A stretch of 59,499 nt of DNA. It comes from a virus. Taxonomy: Duplodnaviria > Caudoviricetes. The position numbers and the translations under genes were made by a program. This document shows, in pieces, positions 19,753 to 30,160 of this stretch (position 1 is its first letter; each line of letters starts with the position of its first letter). The stretch is taken from IMG/VR virus record IMGVR_UViG_3300000123_000002, positions 1-59,499 of that record; one strand, 5' to 3'. Below the pieces are notes generated by a model that had not been told where the DNA came from, did no database searches, and was given only the letters and a program-made list of their open reading frames with translations.

Positions 19753-21528
19753 CTATGCCACCTCTATTAATCGTTTACGGGAAACGTTAAGAACAGACCC
19801 TACAAAACCAGTACTGAAACTAGGAGCGAGCCTAAAGAAAGTATCTGCACTAGCCAGTCTTAATTCACTGAATGTACCATTACTGTTTACCGAAGTACCT
19901 GCACCGCCTGAGCTTACCTGTAAAGTACCAGACACATAGTCAGCTACTGTCAACTCTTCTAAATAAGTACCTAAGTCAAAAGATTTATATTGATATAGCA
20001 AAGTGTTGGTTACTTCATCACCTGTAGCCATACTATCAGATACATTCCAGTTACCTAATTGAGTCCAATCCAAACTGTTATCAAAACCGCTGCCAATAAC
20101 CAAGTTCTCACCTAACCAACCACTACTTTTGAGTGTGTACTTATTTTGTTGGTCTATATACAAACCACTCATATTAATAGCGTTACCTGTAACCTCACGG
20201 ATAGTCATTGAATTAATCCACCCATTAAAAATACCACCACCAGCATCATTAGAACGTAGCTGCAACCCACCAAGAGAGTTAGCAGGAATTACCAGAGCGT
20301 ATAGCTTATTCGGCGAGTCTGAATAGCTGTTTAGGTAGTGTGTCCATGTTCCACCAACATACAGAGCTAATCTACCCTGATCCAGTGTGGCCCATTCTAA
20401 ATCAATCTCAACTAGGTATAGGTTACCTTCTAGTAACTCTGGCATTAGTACGGATGAACTCAGTTGACCTCCAGAGACAGCGTTGCGACAGTACGGTCTA
20501 CCACTATCTAAAGACCAATCATCAGCAGAGTCATAAAGCCATTCTGTTAATAGAGGTGCAATATTCTCACCAAAAGTAGCGCTTTCACTAAACAGTGTAT
20601 TCTTGGCAGCTTGTATAGTTTGGTAATTAATTACTTCTTTGACTGAAACTATCTCAATATCAAACTGACAATTTGCACCAATTGCTTGAAGACCCCAAGA
20701 AGAGTTACTGGCCGTGTAATCCCACAAAACTTCACCATTACCACTTAAAGTACTTGAGTTAGCTGTATTAGTATTAATCCTAAAACTACCAGATATGTGA
20801 TTAGATAACTTTAGGTGAAAAGTGTAAGTCTTACCAAGCTCAATATTAGTGAATCCAGCTTTAGAGGTAACAGTGTTTGTACCATCAATACTATAATTTT
20901 TGGTGTCACTCTCAGACCACCCTGTATTGAAATATGATGCACTGACTGTTGCCAAATCAACACTGTACTTATACAAATGTATAGGAGGTGTTTTATCTAA
21001 TGCAAGTTTGGTTGACTGAAAGTTATCACCTGAAAATTCTAAATCTGCTATCAAACCATCGAAGTAAAAGCTGCCTCCAGTTCTACAGCCTACGTTAGTG
21101 ATTATACAATCTCCAGATACATTCAAGGCAGTGGCTAGATAAACATCATTTAGGTATAACTCTACTCCGGTGCCTACTCGTTTTACTACTATACGATTTA
21201 GCATACCATCAGTTATTACGATAGGGTTTCCACCCTTAGATATTCCACTATGCCATATAGATATACCGCCGTCTCCAGTTTTGTATATCTCAAAGCCCCC
21301 TGCAGTAGTACCTCCGGAAACAAGCATTGCACCAGAAGATACCCCTCCAGAGATCAACATTGATATCTTAAAATCACCAGTAAAAGTAACTGGACTTGCG
21401 AGTACACCATGAGTTTTTACCAGTGGGTCAAAAGACAGGAAATAACGAGAGATAGCTCTTGCTATAGGAGACAACGGAAAATGTCCAGATAGTTGTCGGC
21501 CTTCCTGACTATCAAATATTAATGACAT
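19753..21528 (-). CDS. Putative receptor/carbohydrate-binding virion protein (LamG/ConA-like plus CBM-like modules), paralogue A
   Basis: 591 aa beta-rich; ITDGMLNRIVVKRVG...YFDGLIADL LamG-like signature. Confidence 0.6.
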   Translation of the reverse strand: MSLIFDSQEGRQLSGHFPLSPIARAISRYFLSFDPLVKTHGVLASPVTFTGDFKISMLISGGVSSGAMLVSGGTTAGGFEIYKTGDGGISIWHSGISKGGNPIVITDGMLNRIVVKRVGTGVELYLNDVYLATALNVSGDCIITNVGCRTGGSFYFDGLIADLEFSGDNFQSTKLALDKTPPIHLYKYSVDLATVSASYFNTGWSESDTKNYSIDGTNTVTSKAGFTNIELGKTYTFHLKLSNHISGSFRINTNTANSSTLSGNGEVLWDYTASNSSWGLQAIGANCQFDIEIVSVKEVINYQTIQAAKNTLFSESATFGENIAPLLTEWLYDSADDWSLDSGRPYCRNAVSGGQLSSSVLMPELLEGNLYLVEIDLEWATLDQGRLALYVGGTWTHYLNSYSDSPNKLYALVIPANSLGGLQLRSNDAGGGIFNGWINSMTIREVTGNAINMSGLYIDQQNKYTLKSSGWLGENLVIGSGFDNSLDWTQLGNWNVSDSMATGDEVTNTLLYQYKSFDLGTYLEELTVADYVSGTLQVSSGGAGTSVNSNGTFSELRLASADTFFRLAPSFSTGFVGSVLNVSRKRLIEVA

Positions 21529-21585
21529 CTTATACCTTAAAAACCATAAAGGTTTTGTTAATTTATTAAAAAGAAATTCAGCAGG

Positions 21586-21867
21586 CTAATCAATACCAGC
21601 ACAGGTAATCTCAACAGAAGTACCAGGGTCTGAATTTTCGATAGTTACGTAAATATCCACACCATTGCCGTGACTAACAGGTATCTGTTCACCAATAATA
21701 AGAGCACCATCAACAAATGGTATATGAACACCAGACTTATTTTTGTAGGTGATAGCGGCAGTAGCCTCTACACCGAATGTTCCAGAAGTATAAACAGCAC
21801 TTCTAGCATCTTTATGCTTTTTGTTTATTTGTGTACTGCCATTTCCAGTAAGTATAAAATTTTCCAT
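21586..21867 (-). CDS. Small beta-rich protein, 93 aa
   Basis: AGGA SD; sits upstream of paralogue A. Confidence 0.6.
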   Translation of the reverse strand: MENFILTGNGSTQINKKHKDARSAVYTSGTFGVEATAAITYKNKSGVHIPFVDGALIIGEQIPVSHGNGVDIYVTIENSDPGTSVEITCAGID

Positions 21868-21979
21868 GGTTTTTCCTTGAGATGTAGTAATTAAAATGAG
21901 TATAGTTTATAAATACGTAATGTTATTAGGTACTAGCTGGTAGACCATAACAAGGTTTGGACTATAACATTGTAAAGAC

Positions 21980-22225
21980 TTATTTGCATTTTTTATGTCT
22001 ATTAAACTTATAGTCCTTAAACCCGAACTTTTTAGATATTCCTCGCAAGTCTCGCATATCCTTAAGGGTAAAGTCATCACAATGTAGACCTTCTAAGTGA
22101 AGCTCGTTGTTTACAATGGTAGCATTAACTATACCAGTGTAAGACTCACCATGTGCGCTGGTTTTACGAAGTCTGACTTGCACAACTTCATAACACCACC
22201 CGCCAACTTTACCTTTGTTGGACAC
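21980..22225 (-). CDS. Hypothetical protein, 81 aa
   Basis: Abuts the upstream gene. Confidence 0.55.
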   Translation of the reverse strand: MSNKGKVGGWCYEVVQVRLRKTSAHGESYTGIVNATIVNNELHLEGLHCDDFTLKDMRDLRGISKKFGFKDYKFNRHKKCK

Positions 22226-22540
22226 CTACAAAAGTTCCACTTCTACTGACTTAAATGCCGGATGTTCTGATTTTAATATCAACCCTTGAGGTCTTGTAAA
22301 GAAAACCCACTGACCGACGTATACTTGAGCTAGCTTACCAGTAACAAGGGATAAGAACTGCTCATGCGTTAAACCATTCTCACCTGTTACATCTAATTCA
22401 AGTTCATACAACGGCAGTATATCAACCTCGTCAATGCCCGAAGGAACTTCACCAATAACATAAAACTCTCCATGTAGTGCTGCATCGGGATACTTTTCTA
22501 GAAACTCTTCTGAGAAATCTTTGTGCTTTGATACGTACAT
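22226..22540 (-). CDS. Hypothetical protein, 104 aa
   Basis: GAGG SD; packed operon. Confidence 0.6.
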   Translation of the reverse strand: MYVSKHKDFSEEFLEKYPDAALHGEFYVIGEVPSGIDEVDILPLYELELDVTGENGLTHEQFLSLVTGKLAQVYVGQWVFFTRPQGLILKSEHPAFKSVEVELL

Positions 22541-22541
22541 A

Positions 22542-24260
22542 TTATATTACCTCTATTAATCGTTTGACTGACGGCAAAATGGTTGCGCCATTATTTGGTG
22601 GTATGGCACCGGTCCTAACCCTTACGTTTGACCCGTCAGCATCAAGTATATTCGAACTGAAACCATTTTCAGTTATTGATAGCGGTATACCGGCATTTCT
22701 TATCTGCATTCCCCCGCTTGAAAGACCTGATGCAGTAGCACCCCAAACATAAGTCAACCCTGCTTCTACTATAGGGTAATTAGGCGTTAACTGTGCAAAA
22801 GCACTATCTGCACCGTCGGAAGTTACTGCACCAAACGTCCATATCTCAGCATCAGCCAACCAACCATCGCTAGTGAGAGTATATTTATTCTGTTGATCGG
22901 GGTACAAACCTTTCATTGTAAGTGCATTACCTTGTATTTCTCTCACTTTATAGTTGCTGAAATAACCATCCCCATCTCCAGAGTTTCTGTACAGGTATAT
23001 GTTAGAGTTGGCACCCGTTGTAGTATACGTATAGTGTCCAGTTTCAGTGACAGGGAATGAGAGAGAACCCACTTGTGCTTTAAGAGAGCCAGAAACAGCC
23101 TCATAATCAAAAGAAACCTCCACTGTAACACCGGTTATACCGTTAGGTTGGCGTACACCACAACTTGATCCGTCAGTTACTATGTGTAACCTACCATCTA
23201 CAATCTCAACTGTCTGACCACCTTCAGTAACTACCCAATCACTAAACCCATCTGAAAAATCACCGTTAACAACAACATTATCACCAAAAGTATTGCCTTC
23301 AGTATAGATGATGTTTTTGTTTGCTTGAACAGTATTGAAATTAGTAACTTCTTTAATGTGTATGTTAGTTAGTGAGATACTATCGTCAGTATTCTGTAGA
23401 ATTTTCAATGGGGCTAAAGGGTCTAATACCCTGATATATTCCTTATGAGTACCTACGGATTTACCAATCGGTGTAGAAACGTCACCAAATCCTGTTGATG
23501 ATAGGTATAACGTACCACCTACACTAGTAGAGGTGACTGTATATGTTAATTCAACAACACTTCCTAGACTAACAACAACATCTTGAGCAAAATAACCATT
23601 TTCCGAGCCTGCTATAGTAACTTCACCGCCAGAAATTGTAGCGCTGAATAGTACCCAATCAGAGCTATCTGAAAACGCGCTATTAGATATTACATCAACA
23701 CCATATTCATACAAGTCAGTTGGTGGCGCTTTATCTAGTATTAAATTTGTTAACGGCACACCATCACCAGAGAGTTTAAGGTCAGCTATTTTACCATTAA
23801 AATAATTGCCAAAAAAGTTCTTACCTACCAAATTCCATATTACTGCTGAAGGTGTTAATGTTGTGTCAATATCGACCACGCCATCCACCTCCATGATTAC
23901 AGATTCACCTACTACCTTTAGTTTGAAATGATGAAGTTTACCATCATTAACAACCATACTACCAGAGACACCACCAGGCAAGTTAATAGCCATCACACCA
24001 GAAGCACTTGTTCTGATGTTCGGATTTGCATCAGAATCATTACCAATAATTACGCTAGCCACAGAGGTAGACAACGTACTGAATGATCCCTCTATTTCAA
24101 AATCGCCAGTAAAAACTATTGGCTTAGATAATACACCATAAGTATTAACTAGTGGATCAAAAGTTATGAAATATCGAGATATCACCTTTACCACTGCAGA
24201 CCTAATACTGCCTATAAGTGTACGAAGTATTAACCTTCCCTGTATAAGTCCTACTGGCAT
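22542..24260 (-). CDS. Putative receptor/carbohydrate-binding virion protein, paralogue B
   Basis: 572 aa; VNDGKLHHF...YFNGKIADL LamG-like and NGDFSDG..W CBM-like motifs; shares linkers with 19753-21528. Confidence 0.6.
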   Translation of the reverse strand: MPVGLIQGRLILRTLIGSIRSAVVKVISRYFITFDPLVNTYGVLSKPIVFTGDFEIEGSFSTLSTSVASVIIGNDSDANPNIRTSASGVMAINLPGGVSGSMVVNDGKLHHFKLKVVGESVIMEVDGVVDIDTTLTPSAVIWNLVGKNFFGNYFNGKIADLKLSGDGVPLTNLILDKAPPTDLYEYGVDVISNSAFSDSSDWVLFSATISGGEVTIAGSENGYFAQDVVVSLGSVVELTYTVTSTSVGGTLYLSSTGFGDVSTPIGKSVGTHKEYIRVLDPLAPLKILQNTDDSISLTNIHIKEVTNFNTVQANKNIIYTEGNTFGDNVVVNGDFSDGFSDWVVTEGGQTVEIVDGRLHIVTDGSSCGVRQPNGITGVTVEVSFDYEAVSGSLKAQVGSLSFPVTETGHYTYTTTGANSNIYLYRNSGDGDGYFSNYKVREIQGNALTMKGLYPDQQNKYTLTSDGWLADAEIWTFGAVTSDGADSAFAQLTPNYPIVEAGLTYVWGATASGLSSGGMQIRNAGIPLSITENGFSSNILDADGSNVRVRTGAIPPNNGATILPSVKRLIEVI

Positions 24261-24430
24261 TAGTTTACACCATAGGCTTTACTATCAGTATTAGCCCCTA
24301 TTTTTACTAGAACCTTATTCTTAATTAACGTAATCATAAATATTCTCCAAACTTTAAAATTAGTACGTCCAGATATGTAGTAGAGGACGACAATGTTTTC
24401 TAACAATCAATTAATAAGCAGACTGATGTA

Positions 24431-24886
24431 CTAGTGCTTTATTTTAGACATTAAGAAATTGAGCTTGTTCTGAGTGTAGGAGTTAACACCTAATCTCTCA
24501 CGAGTATCCGACAAGGTCATTATCTCTTTGATGTAGTACTCACCTGTAATGAATTCTCTTGAGTTACTTTGAAATTCTGTGAAGGCAGCATTTACATCGC
24601 TTACAAGGTTAGCTTTTTCAACTATGGCCTGTAAGCATTTGATATGTTCTTTAACCTCAGTATTGCCAGTACGACACCTAGTCTTATCTCTCTGTACTAG
24701 CTCATACAGTACAATAAGAGATAGAAACATTGTAAAAGCTAAAGGTTTTCCGTGGAAAGGTAACTGTACTTTCATCAAATCCTCTATAAACGCGTTAGTA
24801 CCGCTAAATGTAAATAGTAGAAGTGACATAAGAATTAATGTCACAGGACTGATGTAGTTTTTAAAAAGGTTTAAAATACTGTTCAT
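24431..24886 (-). CDS. Membrane protein, holin candidate
   Basis: Two N-terminal hydrophobic helices; downstream of the endolysin. Confidence 0.45.
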   Translation of the reverse strand: MNSILNLFKNYISPVTLILMSLLLFTFSGTNAFIEDLMKVQLPFHGKPLAFTMFLSLIVLYELVQRDKTRCRTGNTEVKEHIKCLQAIVEKANLVSDVNAAFTEFQSNSREFITGEYYIKEIMTLSDTRERLGVNSYTQNKLNFLMSKIKH

Positions 24887-25030
24887 GGTGTGCCTATTAG
24901 TATGAATGTAGAAGATTGCACTACTTCTGGTTATTTTAAATAAGTTTACTAGTTTATTTAAATTTTAGCCAGAAGTATTGCAATGACCACAGCCCATATA
25001 GCTACTATAACCCACCTAACTGATCAAGTA

Positions 25031-25431
25031 TTAAGCAATCTCAATATGACCACCATCCCATCCATGAAATGTATCACTTCCAAATGAACCACCCCAAATA
25101 ATTTCTATACCCATTTCTTCAGCTAGTGTATTAAATACTCCGTACAGAATTCCTAGATGAACTAAATCCCAACTAGTGTGGCCATTTATGTAAGCATAGA
25201 AGTCAAAAGCGTTACCACTCTGGTGGTTGCTAAGCTTAATTACACCATCACACTTACTGGCTTTTTTCTAAATAGTTCAGCCTGTTGACCGACTGTTCTT
25301 ATACCCCCGTGCTCTGGAATACCAAAGTCTATTGGACTAATAAGAATAGCTGCGTTGATAAGGGCAAGTAGTTTAGGATTTATACCTTTGACCCTGCTTA
25401 CAGACCTCCTACTTAGCTTAAAATTACTCAT
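25031..25431 (-). CDS. Endolysin, M15-family L-Ala-D-Glu peptidase; needs a -1 frameshift at 25261-25267 (or carries an indel)
   Basis: Frame 0 gives MSNFKLSRRS...GGIRTVGQQAELF; frame -1 continues ASKCDGVIKLSNHQSGNAFD...WGG...WDGGHIEIA with the SxHxxGxAxD and DxxH zinc ligands; joined product 133 aa. Confidence 0.85.
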
Positions 25432-25452
25432 TTTGTAACTCCTGGTTTATGG

Positions 25453-25845
25453 TTAAAATAAAGACTTAAATATAGTTACAGACAGCTCCATAGCTTCTGC
25501 GTGTAAATAACCTACGCCATCAATCTTAAGTATTTCACCAAAGATTTCTGACATCTCTTCAACAGTAAAATCGATAGGTGTATTTTCTCTGTCATTAAAC
25601 ATATCACAGAACCAATCATGAACCAGTGAAGCTCTTAGGAACTTTGGTTGAAAGTCGCTTCTAAGTATTGGTATAGATGCACCATCATAAATATATCCTC
25701 TAGGGATAGTGAACCCTTTCACTTCACCATTCCATTGATACCTGATAGTAAAATCTTCTTGTACCACTAGCTTATTCATTTCTGGTACTGGGCTTACTAA
25801 AAGTTTACCGAGAGCCAATATAGTTTTATCTGAACAAATTTTCAT
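25453..25845 (-). CDS. DUF1353-family protein
   Basis: FTIPRGYIYDGASIP and ASLVHDW motifs. Confidence 0.75.
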   Translation of the reverse strand: MKICSDKTILALGKLLVSPVPEMNKLVVQEDFTIRYQWNGEVKGFTIPRGYIYDGASIPILRSDFQPKFLRASLVHDWFCDMFNDRENTPIDFTVEEMSEIFGEILKIDGVGYLHAEAMELSVTIFKSLF

Positions 25846-25919
25846 TATTATTCCTTAAAGTTAAATGCCATAAGAAGCTATGGCATTGTATTTATTGTTA
25901 GTTAATAATACCTAGTTTT

Positions 25920-27998
25920 CTACAACTCTGACCAGTTACTGTCATCAGTACTCATCTTAACACCTGTGGCGTGGTATCCAGAAGTGGTATCCAATACTAT
26001 AGGCTGACCTGATCCTGTTTTAGCATTACCAGAAGCACTGAAGTCATAAGTACGTCTATTTACCTTATCATCAAGAACTAATACCCCTTCTAGAACAGTA
26101 GGTTCAAAAGCACCAACATCATTATTACCTCCTGATGCTATTTTATCTACGGATAAAGCAGCGGTGATAGTACCCGTACTTAGTACACCATTTAAAGTAA
26201 ACTCAGTGTAGTCATCAACGTCACGAGTTATAGTGAAACTGCATAGCTGACCTTCAGAGTATACCCCATTCATAGCAAGTCTCTGACCAGATACATAAAG
26301 ATGAAAACCTGTAGCATCTGTATACAAAGCAGTATTGTAGCCGAGGTAATACCTACTAGCAGCGTGCCATCTTATGTTACCTGATATCTCGAAAGCAGCT
26401 CCAGCAGTAAATGTTGGTATCTCTAAGTAACCATCTACAGGAACGTTTAAAACCCACTCAGGAATAGGTGCAGGAGTCCAAACATTTACAGAACCCATAT
26501 TAATAACAACAGACTGCAATTCGCTATTTTCATCAGAGTACATAATATCTACTACGTAATTACCGTCATACTGAAGTTCATTTACAGAATCTGGAATAAC
26601 TACGCTATGTAAAACCTTTATATAATTAGGAGGTGTATTGAACACCCAAGTACCTGATGTAGTATCATCTAAAATATTAACAATCGCAGTATCGGTAGCA
26701 GGAATTAGCTCTGAATCTATAATTCCGCTATATCTTCTTGAGTTGGCTCCATCATTAGGGTCAATAAAATCTATTAAATGTATCTGCCCAACAAAATCAG
26801 TAGTTTCTATCCCGTATGTACCAATCCTACTAATAGCATTAGGTCTAGAGGTCATGTCCAGTACACTAAAAGTATCACCATCATTAAGCTGCCCTGAAAC
26901 CATCCCACCAGCTGTTCTACTCAAGGTAAATGTAAAATCACTATCTACATCAAAAGCATTAGCTGATACAGCAACATCTTCCCCATATCTAATGCATAAC
27001 TTATTATCAACATTAATGTAGGTATAATAATCACTGTACTGACCACCTAAAATGTACTCAAGGTCTATACCTGTAGCAACCCCTCGGTAACCACTTACTG
27101 TAACAGTCCAGTTATTGTTATCTGAAGGAAACCATGCTGTCAACGTACCATAAGTATCCCCATCAAAATGTTGTGTCCAACTATCGGAACCTATAACTGG
27201 AGGCAGCGATGAATCGAGAGTCAATGGTTCAGGAAGTGCAATAAGAGTTGTACCACCGTCAACAGATTTAAATATCTGATCACCTACATAGTACACAGTA
27301 GATCCATCACCGGTTGTAGCTGATTTATGAAAACTCTCATCATCTGGTGAGTCTGTTGTTACAAAAGATACAGCACCATCTGTTGATTTATGTAACTTAT
27401 CAAGAGTGTTTGATGTCATGTAGACAATTAAACCATCAGAAGAACATGATAAAGAGTACGGGTCTAGATCAGCAGCAAACAATGTATCTACAAAGGTGGC
27501 CCCTGAATCAACAGATTTGTATAGAGCATCAGAAGCACGGCCTGTTACATAAACTATTGTGCCATCTGAGGAACAAGCAATAGTCGAAGGGAATACGGTT
27601 ACATGTTTTCCTGAAAAGGTAGCTCCACTATCAGTAGATGTATACAACCACCCTTCAGAATAGTCTATTATATACACAATAGTGCCATCTGCTGAACACG
27701 CGATACCACTGGGTGCACCACCTCCTGCAAGACCTGTATCTATAAAAGTATCACCAAAATCAGTAGAAATATGGAAATGACCAGTACTGAGGTTGGTATC
27801 CCAATCAGCTACATAAACAATGGACCCATCACCAGAACAGGCAACTGACATCATATTAAGTATAAACGAAGTACCCAAGTCGTTAAAACTAGTAGCCTCA
27901 TTTACTGACCTGTATAACTTACCGTCTATTATTCCTGCTGTTAAATATACGATAAAACCATCATCGGATACTGCCATATCATCTGGATAAATAGCCAT
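25920..27998 (-). CDS. Tail spike/receptor-binding protein with Asp-box (BNR) beta-propeller and LamG-like domains
   Basis: Repeated SxDxGxTF boxes (STDFGDTF, STDSGATF, SVDSGATF, STDGAVSF, SVDGGTTL) alternating with ACSxDGxIVY. Confidence 0.7.
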   Translation of the reverse strand: MAIYPDDMAVSDDGFIVYLTAGIIDGKLYRSVNEATSFNDLGTSFILNMMSVACSGDGSIVYVADWDTNLSTGHFHISTDFGDTFIDTGLAGGGAPSGIACSADGTIVYIIDYSEGWLYTSTDSGATFSGKHVTVFPSTIACSSDGTIVYVTGRASDALYKSVDSGATFVDTLFAADLDPYSLSCSSDGLIVYMTSNTLDKLHKSTDGAVSFVTTDSPDDESFHKSATTGDGSTVYYVGDQIFKSVDGGTTLIALPEPLTLDSSLPPVIGSDSWTQHFDGDTYGTLTAWFPSDNNNWTVTVSGYRGVATGIDLEYILGGQYSDYYTYINVDNKLCIRYGEDVAVSANAFDVDSDFTFTLSRTAGGMVSGQLNDGDTFSVLDMTSRPNAISRIGTYGIETTDFVGQIHLIDFIDPNDGANSRRYSGIIDSELIPATDTAIVNILDDTTSGTWVFNTPPNYIKVLHSVVIPDSVNELQYDGNYVVDIMYSDENSELQSVVINMGSVNVWTPAPIPEWVLNVPVDGYLEIPTFTAGAAFEISGNIRWHAASRYYLGYNTALYTDATGFHLYVSGQRLAMNGVYSEGQLCSFTITRDVDDYTEFTLNGVLSTGTITAALSVDKIASGGNNDVGAFEPTVLEGVLVLDDKVNRRTYDFSASGNAKTGSGQPIVLDTTSGYHATGVKMSTDDSNWSEL

Positions 27999-29464
27999 TA
28001 GGTCACCTTAATATAAAGAGTATTTGCATCTGGACTAGCAGGAAACTCTGTAACCACAATAGTAGGAACTACAGGTTTAGGTACAAATTTACTGTATCCT
28101 GAATCATACACCCAAGCATCATTATTAGATAAATCATCAGGAGCATTTATCTGTGAAGGTAGGTACATCTTAAAAGAAGATGTAGGTGCATGTCCTTGAG
28201 CATCTATACCATCCCACGTTATAGCCATACCTATAGCACCGACAGAGCTATATAACACAGTAACTTCTATTAATGGACCATCATCAAAAGATACCCAAAA
28301 TACATTGCCAATTAAATCATCTGATGACACTTCAGCAGCTACTGAGTCAGTAAAGTTAAATCCTACACTCGTATTACTAAAGATAAAAGCTCCATCAGGT
28401 AAAGCTGCATCTAAGCTATTCCATTGGTAGGTTGGAGTATTGGCAGTATGGATTCTGGCAGCATCGCTAGCATCTTCCATTTTAAAATTTAGAGTATCTG
28501 ATTTAAGAGCTACTTGTTTAGGTTTAAAACTATCACCATCACGTACCCAAGCATCACCATCTACAAGTGGTGTAACTACACCAGTACCTACATTTATAGT
28601 TAAAACCAGAATAGAGGCACTAGTGACTAAACCAGGCCAAGTTATTGAAAAATAACCAGCACCTGCAGTTGTCATTGTAGCTGTAACATAAGACGATACG
28701 CCATCTATTAAAACTTCTATAACACTACCTGTTAATTCTTCGTGGGTAACAGCTTTACCGTCACTATCTATTGCGCTGTATAAGTAATTTTCATCTGTCC
28801 AAACAGTCACTTCACCATCTTTAGTGTAATCACCGTAGTTCCAAGTGTAAGATGCAGGGTATATAGTCTCTATTTCAGCATCAGTAGCATCTTGCATCAA
28901 AAATTCTGTAATACCACCAGCTTCAACTGATTTAGGAACCCAATTAGTACCATCCCAAAATAAGCCATCATCAACTACTGGTGCAACTGTAGTAGTATCA
29001 ACATCAGACAAACCATCAATAGATGTAATTCCTAATTCTGCTGCTTCAGCCCTATCAGCTGCTGCTTCAGCTTTTGCAGCTTCAGATATGGCCAAGTCTT
29101 GTGCAGCAATAGAGGCAGCTTCTGCTGCTACAGCTACTGCCATTGCAGCTTGAGCTGAATCACTATATGCTTTTACAATGGAAGGATCAATTTCGTGCCA
29201 AACACCTTCGTCTAAGTCGTAATACACCAAGAAATTTTTAACAGTGTCTAAGTAGTAATCGCCATCTTCAATAGGTGTACCGTCTTGACGTTCTGTAGGT
29301 GGCGCTACACCAGCCCCTAAATATTTTAGTGCATAGTTATAATTAGACAATAACTCTAAAATAGAATCCATGTTATCGGCTACGTATTTTACATCGTCAT
29401 ACTTGCTACCAATCTCTCTGTCTATACCAGTATTTACATCGGCTAGTGATGGGACTTTTCTCAT
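27998..29464 (-). CDS. Tail fibre protein
   Basis: N-terminal anchor (YLGA..PT.R.DG..GDYY), Ala-rich coiled coil, LSDVD...WDGTNWVP motif, two internal repeats (FLMQDATDA / FKMEDASDA). Confidence 0.7.
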   Translation of the reverse strand: MRKVPSLADVNTGIDREIGSKYDDVKYVADNMDSILELLSNYNYALKYLGAGVAPPTERQDGTPIEDGDYYLDTVKNFLVYYDLDEGVWHEIDPSIVKAYSDSAQAAMAVAVAAEAASIAAQDLAISEAAKAEAAADRAEAAELGITSIDGLSDVDTTTVAPVVDDGLFWDGTNWVPKSVEAGGITEFLMQDATDAEIETIYPASYTWNYGDYTKDGEVTVWTDENYLYSAIDSDGKAVTHEELTGSVIEVLIDGVSSYVTATMTTAGAGYFSITWPGLVTSASILVLTINVGTGVVTPLVDGDAWVRDGDSFKPKQVALKSDTLNFKMEDASDAARIHTANTPTYQWNSLDAALPDGAFIFSNTSVGFNFTDSVAAEVSSDDLIGNVFWVSFDDGPLIEVTVLYSSVGAIGMAITWDGIDAQGHAPTSSFKMYLPSQINAPDDLSNNDAWVYDSGYSKFVPKPVVPTIVVTEFPASPDANTLYIKVT

Positions 29465-30090
29465 TATACAAACCCTCTATCTGAAATACGATCAACCATG
29501 CTTGCAGTATCAGCAGGAAAAGCTATACCATTTTCTCTTGCCTTATTACAGTTCTTCTCAAATCTTGCCATATTTGAATTGTTCTCCGATTGCGAATCAC
29601 TTTTAACGCCTATGTGTCCTCTATAACCCATATAGCTAAGTAGACAATCAACAAGTGTATCAGGCAGGTCCAACTCAGTTACACCATCAAGGGCTTGTTC
29701 AGCAGTTATTCTTGTAGGTTTTGCAACATAGATTATTGAGATGAAAGCACCAGTTAATGCCTCAGATACTTGAACAGTATTCCAGTCATTAAAGTAAACA
29801 CTATACTCATCGTCTTCGGCATTTATACCTACCTCTGCAAACCTTTCTTTAGAGTACTGATCAGCTTCCATATAAGCATTTGTAGCGTACATAAGGTTAT
29901 CAGGCATCTCATAGTAGGTTACACCAGAGATAAGCTCAATAATATGCTCCTCAACCTTTATAGGAAACCTACCGTAGATTTCAGTCATGCCCAAATTCAT
30001 AAATGCTACTACAGCGTCTATGTCATTTTTTGAAGCAACACCGGCTAGTTCGCCATACTTTGCTAAGGTTACAACATCTTTTATAATCAT
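29464..30090 (-). CDS. Head-tail adaptor-like structural protein (N4 gp67-like)
   Basis: 208 aa; NLGMTEIYGRF...ELDLPDTLVDCLLSY...DRGFV; position next to terminase. Confidence 0.7.
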   Translation of the reverse strand: MIIKDVVTLAKYGELAGVASKNDIDAVVAFMNLGMTEIYGRFPIKVEEHIIELISGVTYYEMPDNLMYATNAYMEADQYSKERFAEVGINAEDDEYSVYFNDWNTVQVSEALTGAFISIIYVAKPTRITAEQALDGVTELDLPDTLVDCLLSYMGYRGHIGVKSDSQSENNSNMARFEKNCNKARENGIAFPADTASMVDRISDRGFV

Positions 30091-30160
30091 AAAACAATCC
30101 TACTGCCGTAGCATATTTTTCACTACAGCAGTTATTAGTTAATAGTCTCAAGATTATATA

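Noticed and set aside
393-30033. Many plus-strand ORFs in the track overlapping the late genes (e.g. 393-587, 2994-3287, 14155-14550, 26638-27021)
   Set aside because: Antisense shadows of long minus-strand genes; Ser/Leu-rich with no motifs. Only 19510-19710 is intergenic and kept.
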